Shown: positions 35,337-49,579, numbered from the whole stretch's first letter. The stretch: DNA of 58,959 bases, filler included, from Sphacelaria rigidula (GCA_964200075.2; 10 parts of 10 records of this genome joined end to end with filler, not necessarily neighbours in it), one strand, 5' to 3'. A program made the numbers and translations. The notes: a model not told the origin generated them from the letters alone.

Positions 35337-38300
35337 NNNNNNNNNNNNNNNNNNNNNNNNNNNNNNNNNNNNNNNNNNNNTTAATTAATTAANNNNNNNN
35401 NNNNNNNNNNNNNNNNNNNNNNNNNNNNNNNNNNNNCCTTGGCATGGAGACCGCTGAGACTACGGACGCACCGCCCCTCCAAGCTCATCACCTACCATGA
35501 ATACATTCAGGGGATCATGTTCCGTGTCGTGTGCCTCGGCCACCTACCACTTGTAGTCCGGGCAAATTTGGCGAGGCGTGAGATAATGTCGCTACCTTGG
35601 CCACAGGCTGTCGCTACCGTGCGCTCGTATAGTGTACATTAATGTGTGTGAGCATTGCCGGAATTCGAGGTCATCGGGACAGGGCGGTCAAGAAGCAGAA
35701 GCAAATCTCGCAGAGCCCGCCAGAGTTTTCGGTTCCTGTCAGTGTTTGTCGATCAATCTCTTTCAACAATTTCAAGAAGAAATCACAAAACAAAACACAA
35801 AAAAAATGTCGAAAATCATGACAATTTTCAAAACATTGCCCTCCGGGAGGGGGGAAGGGGGGGGGGCCTCCGTGTCCGATTTTTTTCTCTCGACAGATCC
35901 TTGGTGGCATCAGCAATCCTACGAGCAGTGGGCAAATGGCTAGTGCGCCACGCGTTCGCACTTATGTACTGGGTACTGGACTGTTGGCTCGTCGTGTCAG
36001 AATGTCTTCCGTGGAGAAATAACAAGATACACGACGGGTAGCCGCTGCGACTATTACAGTGCAACCCGATTCAAGGTTTCAAGATTGTGTTCTGTAGGGT
36101 ATACAGTACACCGACTGAAACTAGGGTATTTACAAGAGTACTAAATATGTTTCTTCTCGGCAATTGCCCTTCCGGACCATACCGGAGCGTTCGGTGCAGA
36201 TGGCGACATGATTGAGTATGCCAACCAAGAACCCCCTACTACCGGGCATACCCTACAAAACATAACATTCCGACGTTCACTCGCAGTGTTCGATTCATCC
36301 ATAACCTAGGCTAAGGGACGTTGTGAAATGTGAAAAACGTGTTCCAGCGACCACCCGCGTACATGTGCCCACGGTAAACAGACCGGAGCACACGTTTTGT
36401 ACAGGAAAACTCGAGTGTATGAAGCGCAAGACACGCGAGGGGTGAAAAAAAGAGGGGGGTAGCGGGCGAAGGTAGAAACGAGATACAGGAGGAAAACGTA
36501 GACTGACAGAGACACCGGACAATAAATAGTTCCAATATAAATGGTCGAGAGGTCCCCGACAGGCTCTTGGGAGGATGACGTCGTACAAGAACCAAGCCCA
36601 TAGGAACAGGCTACACCTTGGCTATCCGAAGGTTATCTTATCCCACGCAAAAGTTCTGAACTACCAAACCTGGAGTCAGAAAACATGGACAATTATGTGA
36701 CGCCGCAGGAGGGCAAATAGAATGAGGACAGGAGAGCGACCATCGTAGGTGAAGGGGCGTAGCGCCTGAATCTCGATAAACACCTCCCGCTGAATAACAC
36801 GCCAGGGTGAGGCACGCTTTGCTATTTTTGGCACCATATATATCGTGATCGACCGTAAAAATTCAGGGGTACATACTGTATCACCTCCTGAATACCAACT
36901 CTGCGTGGTTGATTTGTGGGTCCCAAGAAGTCATTACCTGGAAACCATTTACACCGTCCCCTGGGGTAGTGGGGGTAGAAGCCAGGGAGAAAATGAATGC
37001 AACAACCGACAAAACAGGGTCCTGTGTACTGCAGGGCAGACAAGGCCTTCACGGGGTTTGGCGGTAAAGTCTGTCCTTCGTTTGCGCTTCAAGTGTTGAG
37101 AGTTTTGTGCCGATACTAAAATCAGCACAAGATCGCCTGCTAAACCGCAGAGAATAATAATGCACAAGAAGCTACGGACGAGAGGTTTAGTTGGTGGCGA
37201 AACAGTAGCGGTTATTGCACAGTCGTCCGAGATCATGGTACTTCGCATGGTTCATGTAATTCCCCCATGAAAATGCGCTGATTCCCCTTTCACTTTTCTC
37301 CACTGTCACCACACATGAATCACGCCATGTCCTCGACATCGGATAGCACACGCTAACAAACCCCGAGCATGTTTTTTTATCGCTGCTATCAAACGAACCA
37401 TACCACGTAGCTTGGCCACTATCAACTCAAGGCTATAGATGTGGTGCTTTTACGCTACCGTAGGCCACGGAGCACAACACCCAGGCCGATAAAAGACCCA
37501 TCTTCGATTTTCAAGCAGACTGCAGCAGCTAGCCGCGCCGGCAAGAATAATGTCGTTGAAAACATCTTGTCGACATTGTATTCATCGGGAAATGGTATCT
37601 CACAGCAGTCAGCGCGATGAAGGGCCTTGTGTATCGAGGTAAAATCAAAATCCTGGTTTTTACTGCTCAGGGTATTCGGTCACACGACTTTACATGTTGT
37701 CGTGATCGTAATCGCACCCATCGCAGTTGAGGAAAGGCAGTTGAGGGATTATAGCTGTTTCGAGGGAAACCCCATGGGCCACGACTAGATTTTTTGCGAA
37801 GCTTGACAGCAACACACTCCTTAACATCGACAAGAACAACTGCTACACAAGCAACGGCTAGGGCAGTACGGGGCATCCACTAACGAAGAGCACAAAACAC
37901 ACGTCATGAATCGCCAACACCTGGCCCGTGTAATTTGCAAGCTATCTTCTGATTGCCCTCGCATGGGCTGGTCATTCGTAGGATTGAAATTGTGGTGACA
38001 ACCCGCGTGTAGACATCGTCTATCAGTCTACTGACGATCAAATGCAGACTCAGAGCTAGGGGCTGTGAAAAGCCGCGAACAGGGCATAATAAACAAGCGA
38101 ATAGTAGATTGTTGCCGTCTACACCCATTCCATACAACTTCCACTGAAGCTAACCAATCCACGCACGGAAATGGAATGACCTTACGACCGAATGGTATAC
38201 GCGAACGGACTCGTCACAAAATACGAAAAAAAACTTTCAGTTGAGGCGAAAACATTCAGTAGCCTGCCTAGCTTGATGCACTAGCGGAACCGAACCACGC

Positions 38301-38422
38301 TACGAATGGTATCCTTATCTCTCACCGTGTTGCTTCATGTGTGAAATATGGGATATTTTTCGAACAAAAAGTGAGTACGTTGGGGTCTCCAAGAGTGACT
38401 AGCCACCGAAAAACTATGACGA

Positions 38423-39390
38423 ATTGATTGATTGATTGATTGATTGTCGCACTATAACTGACCCCCCAGGGATCTAGCCGTGGCCACGTGATGGACGTAC
38501 CCCAGAAAAACAAAACTGATATACTCGCTGAAAAAAAAGAAGGAACAGGAAAAAAAATCCAACAGAAGGATGTAGTAGACTCGGACACAAAAAAATAAAA
38601 AATACAATGATAAAGTCAACAAAAGAGAAGCCCAGAAAAAAATGGCCGATCTAAACAAAAAGGGAAAATAAGAGGAAACAAAAGAGAAAGAAAATGAATA
38701 ATGATGAAAGATAAAGAAGGAAAAAGCCCAAGGGGTTCAGGGCAGCAGAGTAGGTACAGACACACACCAGTGGGCGACGCAAAGCAACCGACTAAGGTCA
38801 TAATCAACAACTTATATGAGCAGACAGGATTCTTCGATCGGCAACCCTCGACGCAGCAGCCTCTCGTTTGTGACGGTGGTCTGATTCTCGTTTGTCCTCG
38901 CGGCACCACGTGTCCTCCAACTCTTCCACTCCTTTTTCGACTCCAGTATGCCATTTACCCATGCCCTTCACCGCAGTGACCCAATCATGTGCATCGTTAA
39001 CCTCTACACCGTAGACGAACCGCTTCCGTCGGACTCCTTCGTACGGGATAGCCCCTAGTGCACGTATGTTCTCCTGGAGGGTATCCTCCCATTGCTTGGG
39101 GGGAGCGGCCGGCCTCCTTGGGCCCTCGTGTGGTTAACCGATCGTCCATGACACGCTCAAGAAGGCGTGTTTCCTTCTGCCGGACAAGGGCTCCCGCGAA
39201 CGGATAGACGTCTCGATACGTTCGCAGTTGGTCATCTCGAGCACCGCTCTGTACGAAAGAGTCTTGTAGCCATTTCGATATTTCCTGTAGGTAAAGAAGC
39301 AAGAATACTAATTTCGTCCTTTTGGAACTCGCGACGGGCCGCAATTCGCGAAAAATAGCACCAATTCCCAATATGCGAGCTTTCGTCACC
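38423..39390 (-). mobile_element. 3' fragment of a second (RTE-like) LINE with a (CAAT)n tail
   Basis: FAGALVRQKETRLLERVMDDRL..GPKEAGR resembles the RTE ORF C-terminus; T-rich 3' UTR; (ATTG)n at 38423-38446. Confidence 0.7.
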
Positions 39391-39856
39391 AGGAAACGTC
39401 ACTTCGAGTTCGGTGCATGAATCTGTCACATTAGTAAACTTAAACTTAGATTGGTACACCGCTTCGGTGGGCTGCATCATCAAAACTTGTAGAAACACAA
39501 CCATATCTTGCCCAAGAAACGTCTATTGTAAATCGTCACTTTTCCATCAACGGTTCCAGAAGGGTTAGCAAGACCTATGGTCACGAGAAACGCTCTACCG
39601 TGCCGTGAAACAACACTCGCCCGCTAGAATATGCAGCTTGCACACCCTGGACATTAGATTACATTGTGGAAAGTATACTGCGTGCAGTATGAAATCTATT
39701 GTCCATGTCATTAGATCAGTAGTCGATACTGTACGCTGTACACTTTTTGACGATGTAATAATCTTTTGTCCAGGATGTGATATTTTGCTGTTTACTGTCC
39801 GTTTTTACCCTCGGCGTTCGTCTTGCCTGCGTTCATCATGTTGGGAAAAAAAACAG

Positions 39857-40005
39857 GCCATCACAAAGCTAGAGCGGTGGGACGGAGAGCGAACAGTAAC
39901 GTTCATGCTGACGAGCCGGATGTTCTTAACCAAGATCCTCAATGCCTTCCTCCAGGCCCTGTCCTACCTTCTTCTGTCCAACCCCTACCTCTTCGCGTCG
40001 GAACA
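39857..40005 (+). CDS. Exon of a TMC (transmembrane channel-like) family membrane protein
   Basis: AITKLERWDGERTVTFMLTSRMFLTKILNAFLQALSYLLL resembles the TMC 'i..lE.W/Y........R.fl.k' segment; CAG acceptor and GTGAGT donor. Confidence 0.55.
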
Positions 40006-40662
40006 GTGAGTATGACGTAGCCACACCTATGTACTTGAATTGCGGAAAACGAGTTTTTAGTTTGCCGAGCATCATGTAAGTGTCCCTAAACAGACGAATA
40101 AATATGCTCACGATCCCCCCCCGCTCGAGCACCCAAACTTGCAGTACTTCCCTGGAGAAGAAACGGGATTCGTCCGTACCTCCTGCAAGATCTCCTTCTA
40201 GTTTTTCCTCCTATTTGTCTACTATCGCTGTTCTTTCCTCCGCCCTCCCGCAAGATGAACCCGTCGTTTTGAGGGCTTATCAATCTGTCTCTCCCCCGAA
40301 ACTGGCCTTGCACCATGCACTCTGTTGTCGATCATCGGATCAGCACTCACACAGTCCGTCCGCCGACTGGCGTCCAATTGTCATACTGTAATGGTTACCA
40401 GCTCTCGTCCTCAGTTTTCCCGGATGATGACAGGTAACAAAGGAGATGACGTTGTTCTGTGTGCTACTGTCGGGATGAACGTCAACATAATCCGCCCGAA
40501 CTACGAGAATTGTTCTAGTAGTGTGACCATCAAACCGCGGTGGCGTTCTAGACCTCGTTCCTCTACCTGCAAGGAATTAAATATCGTTTGTTCCACGAAT
40601 ATTTGTTTTTGCAGATATGTTTATGAACAGATGTTTTACCCCCTGAGGTATAATATTGACAT

Positions 40663-41020
40663 GGTCGCCCCGGTGGCTCAGTTGGTAACGTGGAAGCCTT
40701 CTGACGGCTGGGACGTGGGTTCTAATCTCCGTGAAGTCACACGATCTGGGGTTTTTCTCACACCATACCCTGCAGTGGAGAGCGACCATGCCCTGGATCC
40801 ACTATTTTCTACTTCACGGTCGACAAGGGAAAGGGACCACTGACCCCTTTTCGCGACTGAAAAAAAGGCAAGCACCACAGAAGGAAGGTGGGGTACTCAA
40901 ACAAGAATTAAAACAAGTCCTGTGCTGACCTACCTCCCGTGTGACCCCGGCATATGCGCCCACATATACCGGAAGGTGTACACTGGCGTCCAGAATAGAT
41001 GGGATGACAACACAACACTC
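40663..41020 (+). mobile_element. Full-length tRNA-derived SINE
   Basis: Homologous to 34154-34510; ACATG occurs on both flanks (possible TSD). Confidence 0.88.
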
Positions 41021-42719
41021 ACATGGTTGAGGTTACGATATGGCCGGGGCCTCAGGATCTCCTGAACCGAAGAGATCCCGTAGAGCTGCGGTATATAGTA
41101 GCAGCCCTTTTGACGCCTAATTGTGAGTCGGTAGCTCTTGTAGTTGGCCGAGCTGTTTCCGGGAGGGGGGGGGGGGGGGGGGGGGGTTACGAGTAGAAAA
41201 CTTCTAAGGAAGTCTGGGTGATAAGCTTCAACTCAAAAAAAANNNNNNNNNNNNNNNNNNNNNNNNNNNNNNNNNNNNNNNNNNNNTTAATTAATTAANN
41301 NNNNNNNNNNNNNNNNNNNNNNNNNNNNNNNNNNNNNNNNNNCTGGGGACCATCTGCATATCCACAAGGAAACTAGTTTTAATTCAGTCTCTCAGTCATT
41401 TACCATCACAGGCAATAATTAGTTTTCAGATGTCGGTAAAATGCCCCTAGCTCATGAAAAACAAAATCTCTTGTGTACGCCGGTTATTTTTTTAATTATG
41501 CCCTGCTCATTGTCCATACCAAAATTTAGGGTCCAACTCCAAGTATTGGTCGTATAATCGGCCTGCAAACTGCAGAATCGCTTCTCGGCTGGCCCAGCTC
41601 GTACGAATGCAGAGCCCCCCCCTACCTCGAAGCCCCTCGTTGACCTGTCAGCGGGGGTGTAATGACGAAGACTTCATAAGGTGTCAAATCTGCTTCTACG
41701 ACACCCGTGCTGAGCTCTTGTCTGCTTTCCAACGGCAATTGTTCCAAGAGAAAGAGGTGTTTGCCTCGAGAAACGACAACTCCACTCTTCGGAAAGTACC
41801 GCGGAACACTACCTTCCTCCCCTCTCCTCCCGGAGGGAACCCCGTGACGCCACCAAGCAAAATCGACCCTTAACCCCACAATAAAAAACAGAACCCAACT
41901 CGACAGTGTACCCGGCCTACGGCCACCAGGAGCGGAGCCGGACACTGGACCACCGCCTACGGTAAGCATTACCTCCATACATTTATTTTCGCCGTTGAAC
42001 CCCTTTTCTACCATGTATAGTCCCATTTTCATCCTGCCCTCTCCCACCTACATCAATAGAGAGTTTCGGAAAACGTTTTTTCAAATCTTAGAGTGGGAGT
42101 GGGAGGTAAAATAGCCGGGAAATAACGGTTCACACTCCGCTATAAAGTATTTTTCAGAGATTGTTTTTCAAAGTGGGGGTGCCGTTTGCACCACTCCACT
42201 CTGAAAACCGTTGTTCCTCTTCAGAGTTCATAGCGGAATAAAAAAGAACCACGCCCATCTTCACCACCATGGTCACGTCCAGCCCAAAGTCAATACATCC
42301 TGACAAGCAAAGTGATGCATTCATCATCCATCAAAACTGTCATACTCATCGCAGTGGGCCAATCACGAAGTAGAAAAGCTTGGCATTGCAATCAGAAGAC
42401 CTCCCTGACGCCGCCATGGTATCAGCATTCGCTTGGTTGTGTTGCGTGAAAATCAAAATGCTCGACGGGTACACGTTGTGTTGGGTGCAGTTCCTCACTC
42501 TTGCCAGCTTCAGCTGGAAGAACACAGTGGTGGGAACGATTCGTTGTCTACAGCGCGCAAACAGTACTACACCTGGTTGTATTCCCATCCCGTGAGAGAT
42601 CATAACGTCTTGCACCACCGTTATGGGTGGCATGTGGAGAAATCATCGCAATGCAGCCGAGGTCTGCTGTTTGAAAGTGCTGCGTACCGTACTGTCTGTA
42701 CTACTGTTTGTACAACTGA

Positions 42720-43147
42720 TGTCATGAAGCTACGAGGCGTCTATGATCAAATCTGAGGTTCTATAGTTGCGGGTCTGATTGAGCTTGACTAGGCCTGATG
42801 TGAGACTGATAAAAAGGTACAGGCATGGGTCCTTCAGCCCTCTTGCGGTACTCGCCCGGGTGGAGCCGATTATGGAGCCATTACTATAGCCGGAGAGCAG
42901 CTGAGAGAGCATTGAAAGGAGCGATAACGAATACAAGAGAACAAGAGTCTTTTGTATCAAGTGGGTACAGCTTACTGCGTAAAGCTATTGTGGTGTTTAC
43001 TGATTTGAACACGCCTATAACCCGATCCCTTGTGAGGACAGAGCTGCCCGTGTTGGCCTTGGAAGTATCTGACCTCTGACCCGACCGGCCTGCATCAAGA
43101 GGGTGCATCCCGCCTAATAACACTATAACAATTGGCGTTCGACATGG
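42720..43147 (+). mobile_element. 5' LTR (42720-43130, TG...CA) and primer-binding site (TGGCGTTCGACATGG from 43133)
   Basis: Termini TGTCAT..ATAACA; TGG 2 nt after the CA; followed by a long leader and ORF. Confidence 0.7.
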
Positions 43148-43832
43148 AGTATCTGCCTGCTAGCTTGTTTTCCCTTTCCAGAGTAGAGCAGTTGTTTGCT
43201 TATCTACTGTCTGTACTGCCCTCTAGTTGTTGTTTTCCCTCTCTTGCTGTCGCTTTGTCTTGCATTTTGTTTTGTGAGTCATTTGCTTTTCATTCGCTTG
43301 ATTGCTTTTTACAGTAGCCCGCGGTACCGTACACGTGCACACAAAGTTGCCCCAACGGAGCGTTCTCTGCTGTTCGTCCCATGCAGCGATTTTCAGCAGT
43401 ACACTTTCGCTTGAATCGCGTTTTGCACGCGCTCCTCGACGTGCCGCTTCTACTGCGTTCGCACTGTCTCCTCTGCGACCTTTTCTTCGGCCGCGCAATT
43501 TTACTGTATTGGCCACCCGACTGTTAACCTGTACTCTGTTGCTTTTTCTCAGTACCAGAAACCTATCTGCCCCATTCTCTTTAACAGATATACACTATTT
43601 TCGGCAGTTATCCCCGAATTTGCTCCACTTTCCCCATCCTATCTGGCCACACGTATTTCCTCTCGTTTTTTTGGGCGGTGCACAGCTGCACTTAGTAGCT
43701 GCCGAATTTCTATTGTTACTTGCCGCTGTTTCCGTAACGTGCGGCGTTGAAACTCGGCGATCGTGGTCAATCACGTACATTTTTTACACTGACACTTTGC
43801 CTTTGTCCACTGCCTCCCCCGCTTTTTGCGGG

Positions 43833-44206
43833 GTGTTCCGCTGGACTATTTGTAATTGTCCTGCACCCACCCAGGCTACACTATTACAGGCTGCTTTTCC
43901 GATTTTTCTACCATTTTCCGGTTTGAAGTTGCGTTCCAATCAGACATTCAGTGATTTGTATTCGGCTGGACCATTTGTAATTTTCCCGCACCCACCCAGG
44001 CTACACTATTACAGGCTGCTTTTCCGATTTTTCCACCATTTTCCGGTTTGAAGTTGCGTTCTAATCAGACATTCAGTGATTTGTGTTCGGCTGGACCATT
44101 TGTAATTGTCCCGCACCCACCCAGGCTACACTATTACAGGCTGCTTTTCCGATTTTTCCACCATTTTCCGGTTTGAAGTTGCGTTCTAATCAGACATTCA
44201 GTGATT
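43833..44206 (+). repeat. Three near-identical 125-bp tandem repeats in the retroelement leader
   Basis: ctggac at 43841, 43966 and 44091; units differ by only a few substitutions. Confidence 0.95.
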
Positions 44207-44442
44207 GCCTTTTATTGGTCTTGTGCCTCTGTGTTGTGGCTACTACATACCCTCTCGCACATCCGTGATCCAAGATAAATAAATAAAAAAAATAAAACAA
44301 GAATAAAAAATTGAAAAAAACGAAAAATAAAAATATCAACAAAAAATAAAATAAAATAAAAATAAAATCACGTGTTGGCTTTCGCTTCTTGCTCTGGGTT
44401 CCCTGAACGTATCCCTCTGTAGACGCTGTATACGCTTCACCC

Positions 44443-47090
44443 ATGTCGCAACGTATCACCACCGCTTCTTCTCCCAACACGGGAGCCAAGCCGCCCCGTC
44501 GTACGCGGAGCCAAACTAAGGGATCTTCTAGTTTTTCCGGACCCGATGCTGATTCTTCTTCAGCCTTACGGAAACCAGCCTCGAGCGCTGCTCGATCCAT
44601 CGGTTTTGAGGATCAACCCGTGCAGTTCTCATCGCCCCCTCCCAGCTCCGATTCCGATTATAGCTCGGATTCTCGTACCCTTCCGACCCTCCCTCGTCAT
44701 CCCACCCGTGACCACTCCTCACAGACACGCTCTGTGCCCCAACCCTTCACGACGCCGGTGGCACCCGTCGTAGCACACACCCCATCGGACGCAGCCGTCG
44801 ACACTGGGCACACCTTGACACACCCCGTGTTCCATCCCTCAACCACGCTGGTGTTACCCGGGGCCCCAACCCAACCCCCAACCACGCTGATGGCACCCGT
44901 GGCCCCTACCCAACCCACGAGCAAGCTAGTGGCACCCGTGGTCTCTACCCCACCCTCTGACTCTACTGCCAGCGCGGATATCGTCGTACAAGGTTCAGTC
45001 CAAGATCGTTCCGTCGTGCAGGTGGCACCCACGTCCGGACCCCCGACTGCTGGCACTACTGCCCGCGCTGCCCTACCGGCACACACTTTGCCATCATCCG
45101 CGGCTACTTTTCGTGCCCCGGCTGATCATGATTTGTTGACAAATGTTTCAACTTCTACTTTGCCCAACTCAGGACACCCCTCTTCGGCCCCAGCGACTGC
45201 TTCTGGCATCAATCGGGAACCAGCCCCTGTGCCAGACGTTAGTATCGCCACAGCACTGCAAGTTTTATGCAATACCTTGCTCCGCTCTCCTTCGGCTTTC
45301 GCCGACATGCAAGCAGCCCACAGTGCACAGCCCCACCAAACCGCGCCCACCCCCACCGAACCTCGACTTTCACCCACACCGCCACGCCCACCTTCCCCCC
45401 GACACAACCTAACCACCCCCGCTCGACGGATGACCGCGCGTGACGACAATTCGAGACATACCTCTCGTTCCTCCCGTATTTCTACTGGCTCAAGGCTTTC
45501 TTCACATCGGCGCTCCCAACGTAGTGATGTTACAGTGCACGCCGACGCCATGAGGGACATTTTTTCCGATCTTCCTTCTGCAGGGGAATCGCCTATTACG
45601 CACTCCAGCGGTCAACCGCCCTACGACTCACGCCATCGCAGCCGCCGTGCCCGACCCACACGCGATAACGCTTCCCGCTCTGACGCGGCAGCCATCCGTT
45701 CCTCGCGGCGACAACTGCCGATTTACAGCGCACCGTACAAACACTTGTGAACAACCCTGTATCTCCGCCCCCCACCGCGCCCCCGAAACCCACAGCTTTT
45801 GCTGCCCCGGCCCCAGCTCCCGCTGCCGCCACCGTCACCGACACTGACGCCGACAGTGGTACCCATACTGGCTCCGGGGTCCCTTACGCACTCGCACCCG
45901 CCCCAACCCCCCCTGCATCTACTATCGCGCCGTACAACCCTGCCCCTTCGTCGCAGCAGGACCGCCCAAAGTTGGATCCGGAGCACTGTCCTTTCGGGCT
46001 GCTTCCGCATATGTTCATGGACCATGGCCGCATTGCCCCAGAACAACGTGAGTATGCTGACTACGCACCAGCCATGATGAATGATTTCGTCAATCGGCAA
46101 CGCAACACGGATGCAGCGGCGTCGACATCTTCCACCGAGGAGTGTCATGCTTCTCCCCGCGAACTAGCGGGGGAGCGCTTACGCGCCTCGCACGCCGTAG
46201 CCGCTCCTCGCTCCCACCGCACGCCGTCCCCACCCCTCCCTACTTCGACCTCCCGCCCCGACACCAGTGCCAAACCGCGTCGCTTCTCCATCCACTGCGA
46301 TGACGTCCCTTGGTTCACGCTTTCTGTGCAGACTCTTGCAGGCAAATACATCCCCTCGAATCCTTTGCAAAGCTCTCGCGATGCTTGGCTAGCGCTCGCT
46401 CGACCGCTTCAAAGCGCCGTAGTTTCCTATTCGGACTATGACGGGGTCTGTCCTTCCGATGGTCCCCTTTCGATCACCATTGGCCAGTTAGTCCGCCACA
46501 TCGAACAAAGCCACACCTCCTACAAACTGTCCATTGTGGAGCTCTTTGACGCGTTGCGAGCCGCCTCCAAATCGGCCACAGCCCACGTTGATGACGGCTG
46601 GACCCCGGTGACTTCTCACCGCCGACGTCACAGCCATGATGTTGCCGACCCTGAGCGCAATCGTCGCGGTGATTCTCACAACCACCACGGAGGATCAAGC
46701 CCCTTCCCTCGGAGGACCCCATCACCCCGTGTGAACCGCCCCACCATCGGTTTGACCAAGACACACCAGAGCAGCGGCTCGTCGAGCTCTTCTTCTACCA
46801 AGCCCAGGATTCGGTCTGCCACAAACTCGCCTGCGTCGACTTCTGCCACCCTAAGTCGCGCCACACCGCGTTTAGCAGATGTTTCGCGCCAGATCTTAGG
46901 CCTTTCGGACGACAACTCAGATGAACCGATATCTTCCACTTCGGCTCCCACTCTGGCTGCCGCTGCCGCCCAGCAAGAGCAAGGCGCTGCTAGTGCAGCA
47001 GCAGCAGCCGCCGCTCGAGCGGAATCTGCCCGCACCGCCGCCATCGAGAGAGAATACGAGAAAAAACTTTGGCATGTGGAATCCATGCCT
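44443..47090 (+). pseudogene. Long P/S/T/R-rich ORF1 (gag-position ORF) of the LTR element; one frameshift near 45700, interrupted by a MITE
   Basis: ORFs 44443-45750 and ~45684-47090 overlap in different frames and lie downstream of the LTR and PBS. No recognisable capsid motif within the window. Confidence 0.6.
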
Positions 47091-47148
47091 AACAGTAGTT
47101 TCGTGAGATTGAGAGTCTACGATACGATTGAGAGTAGGCTTTTCATTC
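47091..47148. mobile_element. MITE family A terminus, cut by contig end
   Basis: aacagtagtttcgtgagattgagagt..gatacgattgagagt matches the start of the 27551 copy. Confidence 0.8.
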
Positions 47149-49515
47149 NNNNNNNNNNNNNNNNNNNNNNNNNNNNNNNNNNNNNNNNNNNNTTAATTAA
47201 TTAANNNNNNNNNNNNNNNNNNNNNNNNNNNNNNNNNNNNNNNNNNNNACAAACGATTAAAAGCCCATAACGGACTTTACCTATGGGACAGAGAGAGTAG
47301 TACATGTCATATGAGCCAGGTCGTTGTTTTTAGGTGACGCGTGTATTTATGGCTCACCTCCCACAGATGGGAGTCACTCAAAGTAAAATGAAATATCTTC
47401 GCGTTTTTGATTGACAGCTGCACAGTCATTATTTGCTCGTTTCAACTCTGTGTACAGCACTTTGATCTCACCCCACTTCTGTGCAGGCCGGAACACAGCA
47501 TGCAGCACTACAAGAACTGTTCAGGCACTCTCCAGCAAAGATCACACTGTGATCGTTGTAGAGTGTGAAGATGCACAACAGCCCAGCGACGACTACAGCG
47601 AAGAAATGATGGGTGTGGGAAGCGCCGTGTTCGTTTGACTGGAGTGTCTAGAGACCGCTGCGTGCCGACAGCACTGTTTTTCGAAGCGAACGCCATGACA
47701 GAAGTAAAGCAACTCAGGCAGTCAGTCCCGGCGGAGACCAAGCCGTCTTCGAAGCGGCCTGGAGACACCAGAGCGCAGCGACAGCTACAGCGCAAGAGAC
47801 AGCGCATGAGTGTGTTTGTGCTGCGGCACAGTGATACAGGACATGTCCCATGCGATAGTTCTTCCCTTGATTTCGGATGGGCTCGATTTTGGCAAAGGGG
47901 CGGGTTTCAAACGCTGAGCCAAGTTATTTCACCTTGAGTTATCTCCCTGCTTGCTGATCTGCCTCGCCTGTTGCGGGATCGGATGATCAGCGGTACGGTA
48001 GCTCCCTTGCGGGATTGGATTATACACCATCGTTGTACTACAACTTGTCTGCTGTGCGGTATCTGTGTGTACAGTAGGTTCTAAGAAGCACAACACTGTA
48101 GGCGTGTTAAGGTTTTGAAAAGTAACACTGCAAACACTGCAAGACTGTGTTGTTTTCAGTGTATTACCCTGTACTCCATACAATGGGGTCATGTTTTGAG
48201 CAGTTTTTGAAACGTTCTCGAAAAGTTCTGCTTGTTTTTCTGTCACAGAAATCCAATGCCGAATCTGGAATGGCCTGAGGCAACAGCCAATTTGAAAATT
48301 GGAATTGTGTATGCCGTGAATTGGCGATCCACGCCACGACGAGCTAGAATATATTTGCCCGAACGAAGTCACACGCTTCGTGCCGACGGCCGCATCATTG
48401 TATGATGTGGTTGGCGATGTCGAGAAGAGTGCGAAAACGACATGTTCGTAGTACATGGAATCAGGAGTTTCGGAGACAAACAGCCAAGTGGTGACAGACA
48501 GACATCTGCGCGCGGCAGAAAGCCCTTGAAAAGAGCTTCAATCGATACAGGCTTCTACCCTGCAGGCCTCATAAAACTGAAGGTTGAAACAACCGAGTGC
48601 CGCGAGATTACTATCGTTTCCATTACTAGTTCGAGAAACTCAAATACCACAAAAATAACATCTCTACTACCTCGTACAAAGTTTGTATCTTCCGCGCAGC
48701 ACCGCAACCGCGGTGGTCGGGTCTATCTTATCCCCCAAAAGCACGTAAATAACTACATATTCGTTGTTGCATATGGCGGACGTGTTGTACTTGAACAATA
48801 CTGTTAATATCGAACACAAGGACAAGCGACAGAAAAAAAAGGAGAACGTAGCCATCAGACGACTGGGACACCCGCGAGTGAAGCAACTGAACTACCACCA
48901 GAGTCAAACATACATGCACAAGTAATCGATGGCGTTATGACAAGCTGAATCAAGCACCGACTAGTCCACCGAGTAACAAAAAAAGGGATCTTCGCAAAAG
49001 AAATCGGAAAGAGAACACCGTAATATAACCTAAACGTACACTATCGTCCGCATTCCGCCCAAACAAACATCTTTTTACTCCTCACTATAGCCGAGCTTGG
49101 GAAATGAACGAACAAAACAAAAACGTGCAAGGTGCATACCCCTTCGCCACGGGCGTCCTCTAGTAGTGAGTAACAAAGGTAATAGCAGGTACTCTAACAA
49201 TGAAAAAGGGGCAGCAACAAGCACGGACACAACACAAGAAAAGAAACGCGACCTATCGTGTCAGTACAAGGAGGATATGATGCGTACGCTGGTACGATAA
49301 AGCCAAAGACATCGATCGAACGGCCAGGTCGAGCAGCGCGGGTAGGCTCCATCGCCGTTTCATACTAAAGTCCTTCCTGCTAGAAGGTATCATCTTCGTG
49401 TTGTGTGCGCCAGGCAGTACAAACACTGAGGACTCAGTGTCCTATCCATCTTTGTGCGACCCCGCCGGGAACGTTTCCAGTCGTCCAACGATGATTGGCT
49501 CGGCAGCGAGGGGGG

Positions 49516-49579
49516 CGTACTCATTTGTTGCTTGCCTTAGTCGTTTGACCATTGACCGCGCATCCCTTTCGAGACGGCC
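49516..49579 (-). mobile_element. Extremely 5'-truncated LINE 3' end with a 14-bp TSD
   Basis: Matches 6628-6690; flanked by CGGCAGCGAGGGGG at 49501-49514 and 49580-49593. Confidence 0.85.

Noticed and set aside
43302..44051. 249-aa ORF in the LTR leader
   Set aside because: T-rich leader plus tandem repeat, non-ATG start and no recognisable motif.
45684..45750. Programmed -1 frameshift or coupled GTGA stop-start
   Set aside because: No X XXY YYZ slippery heptamer in the overlap; a single-base deletion explains it more simply.
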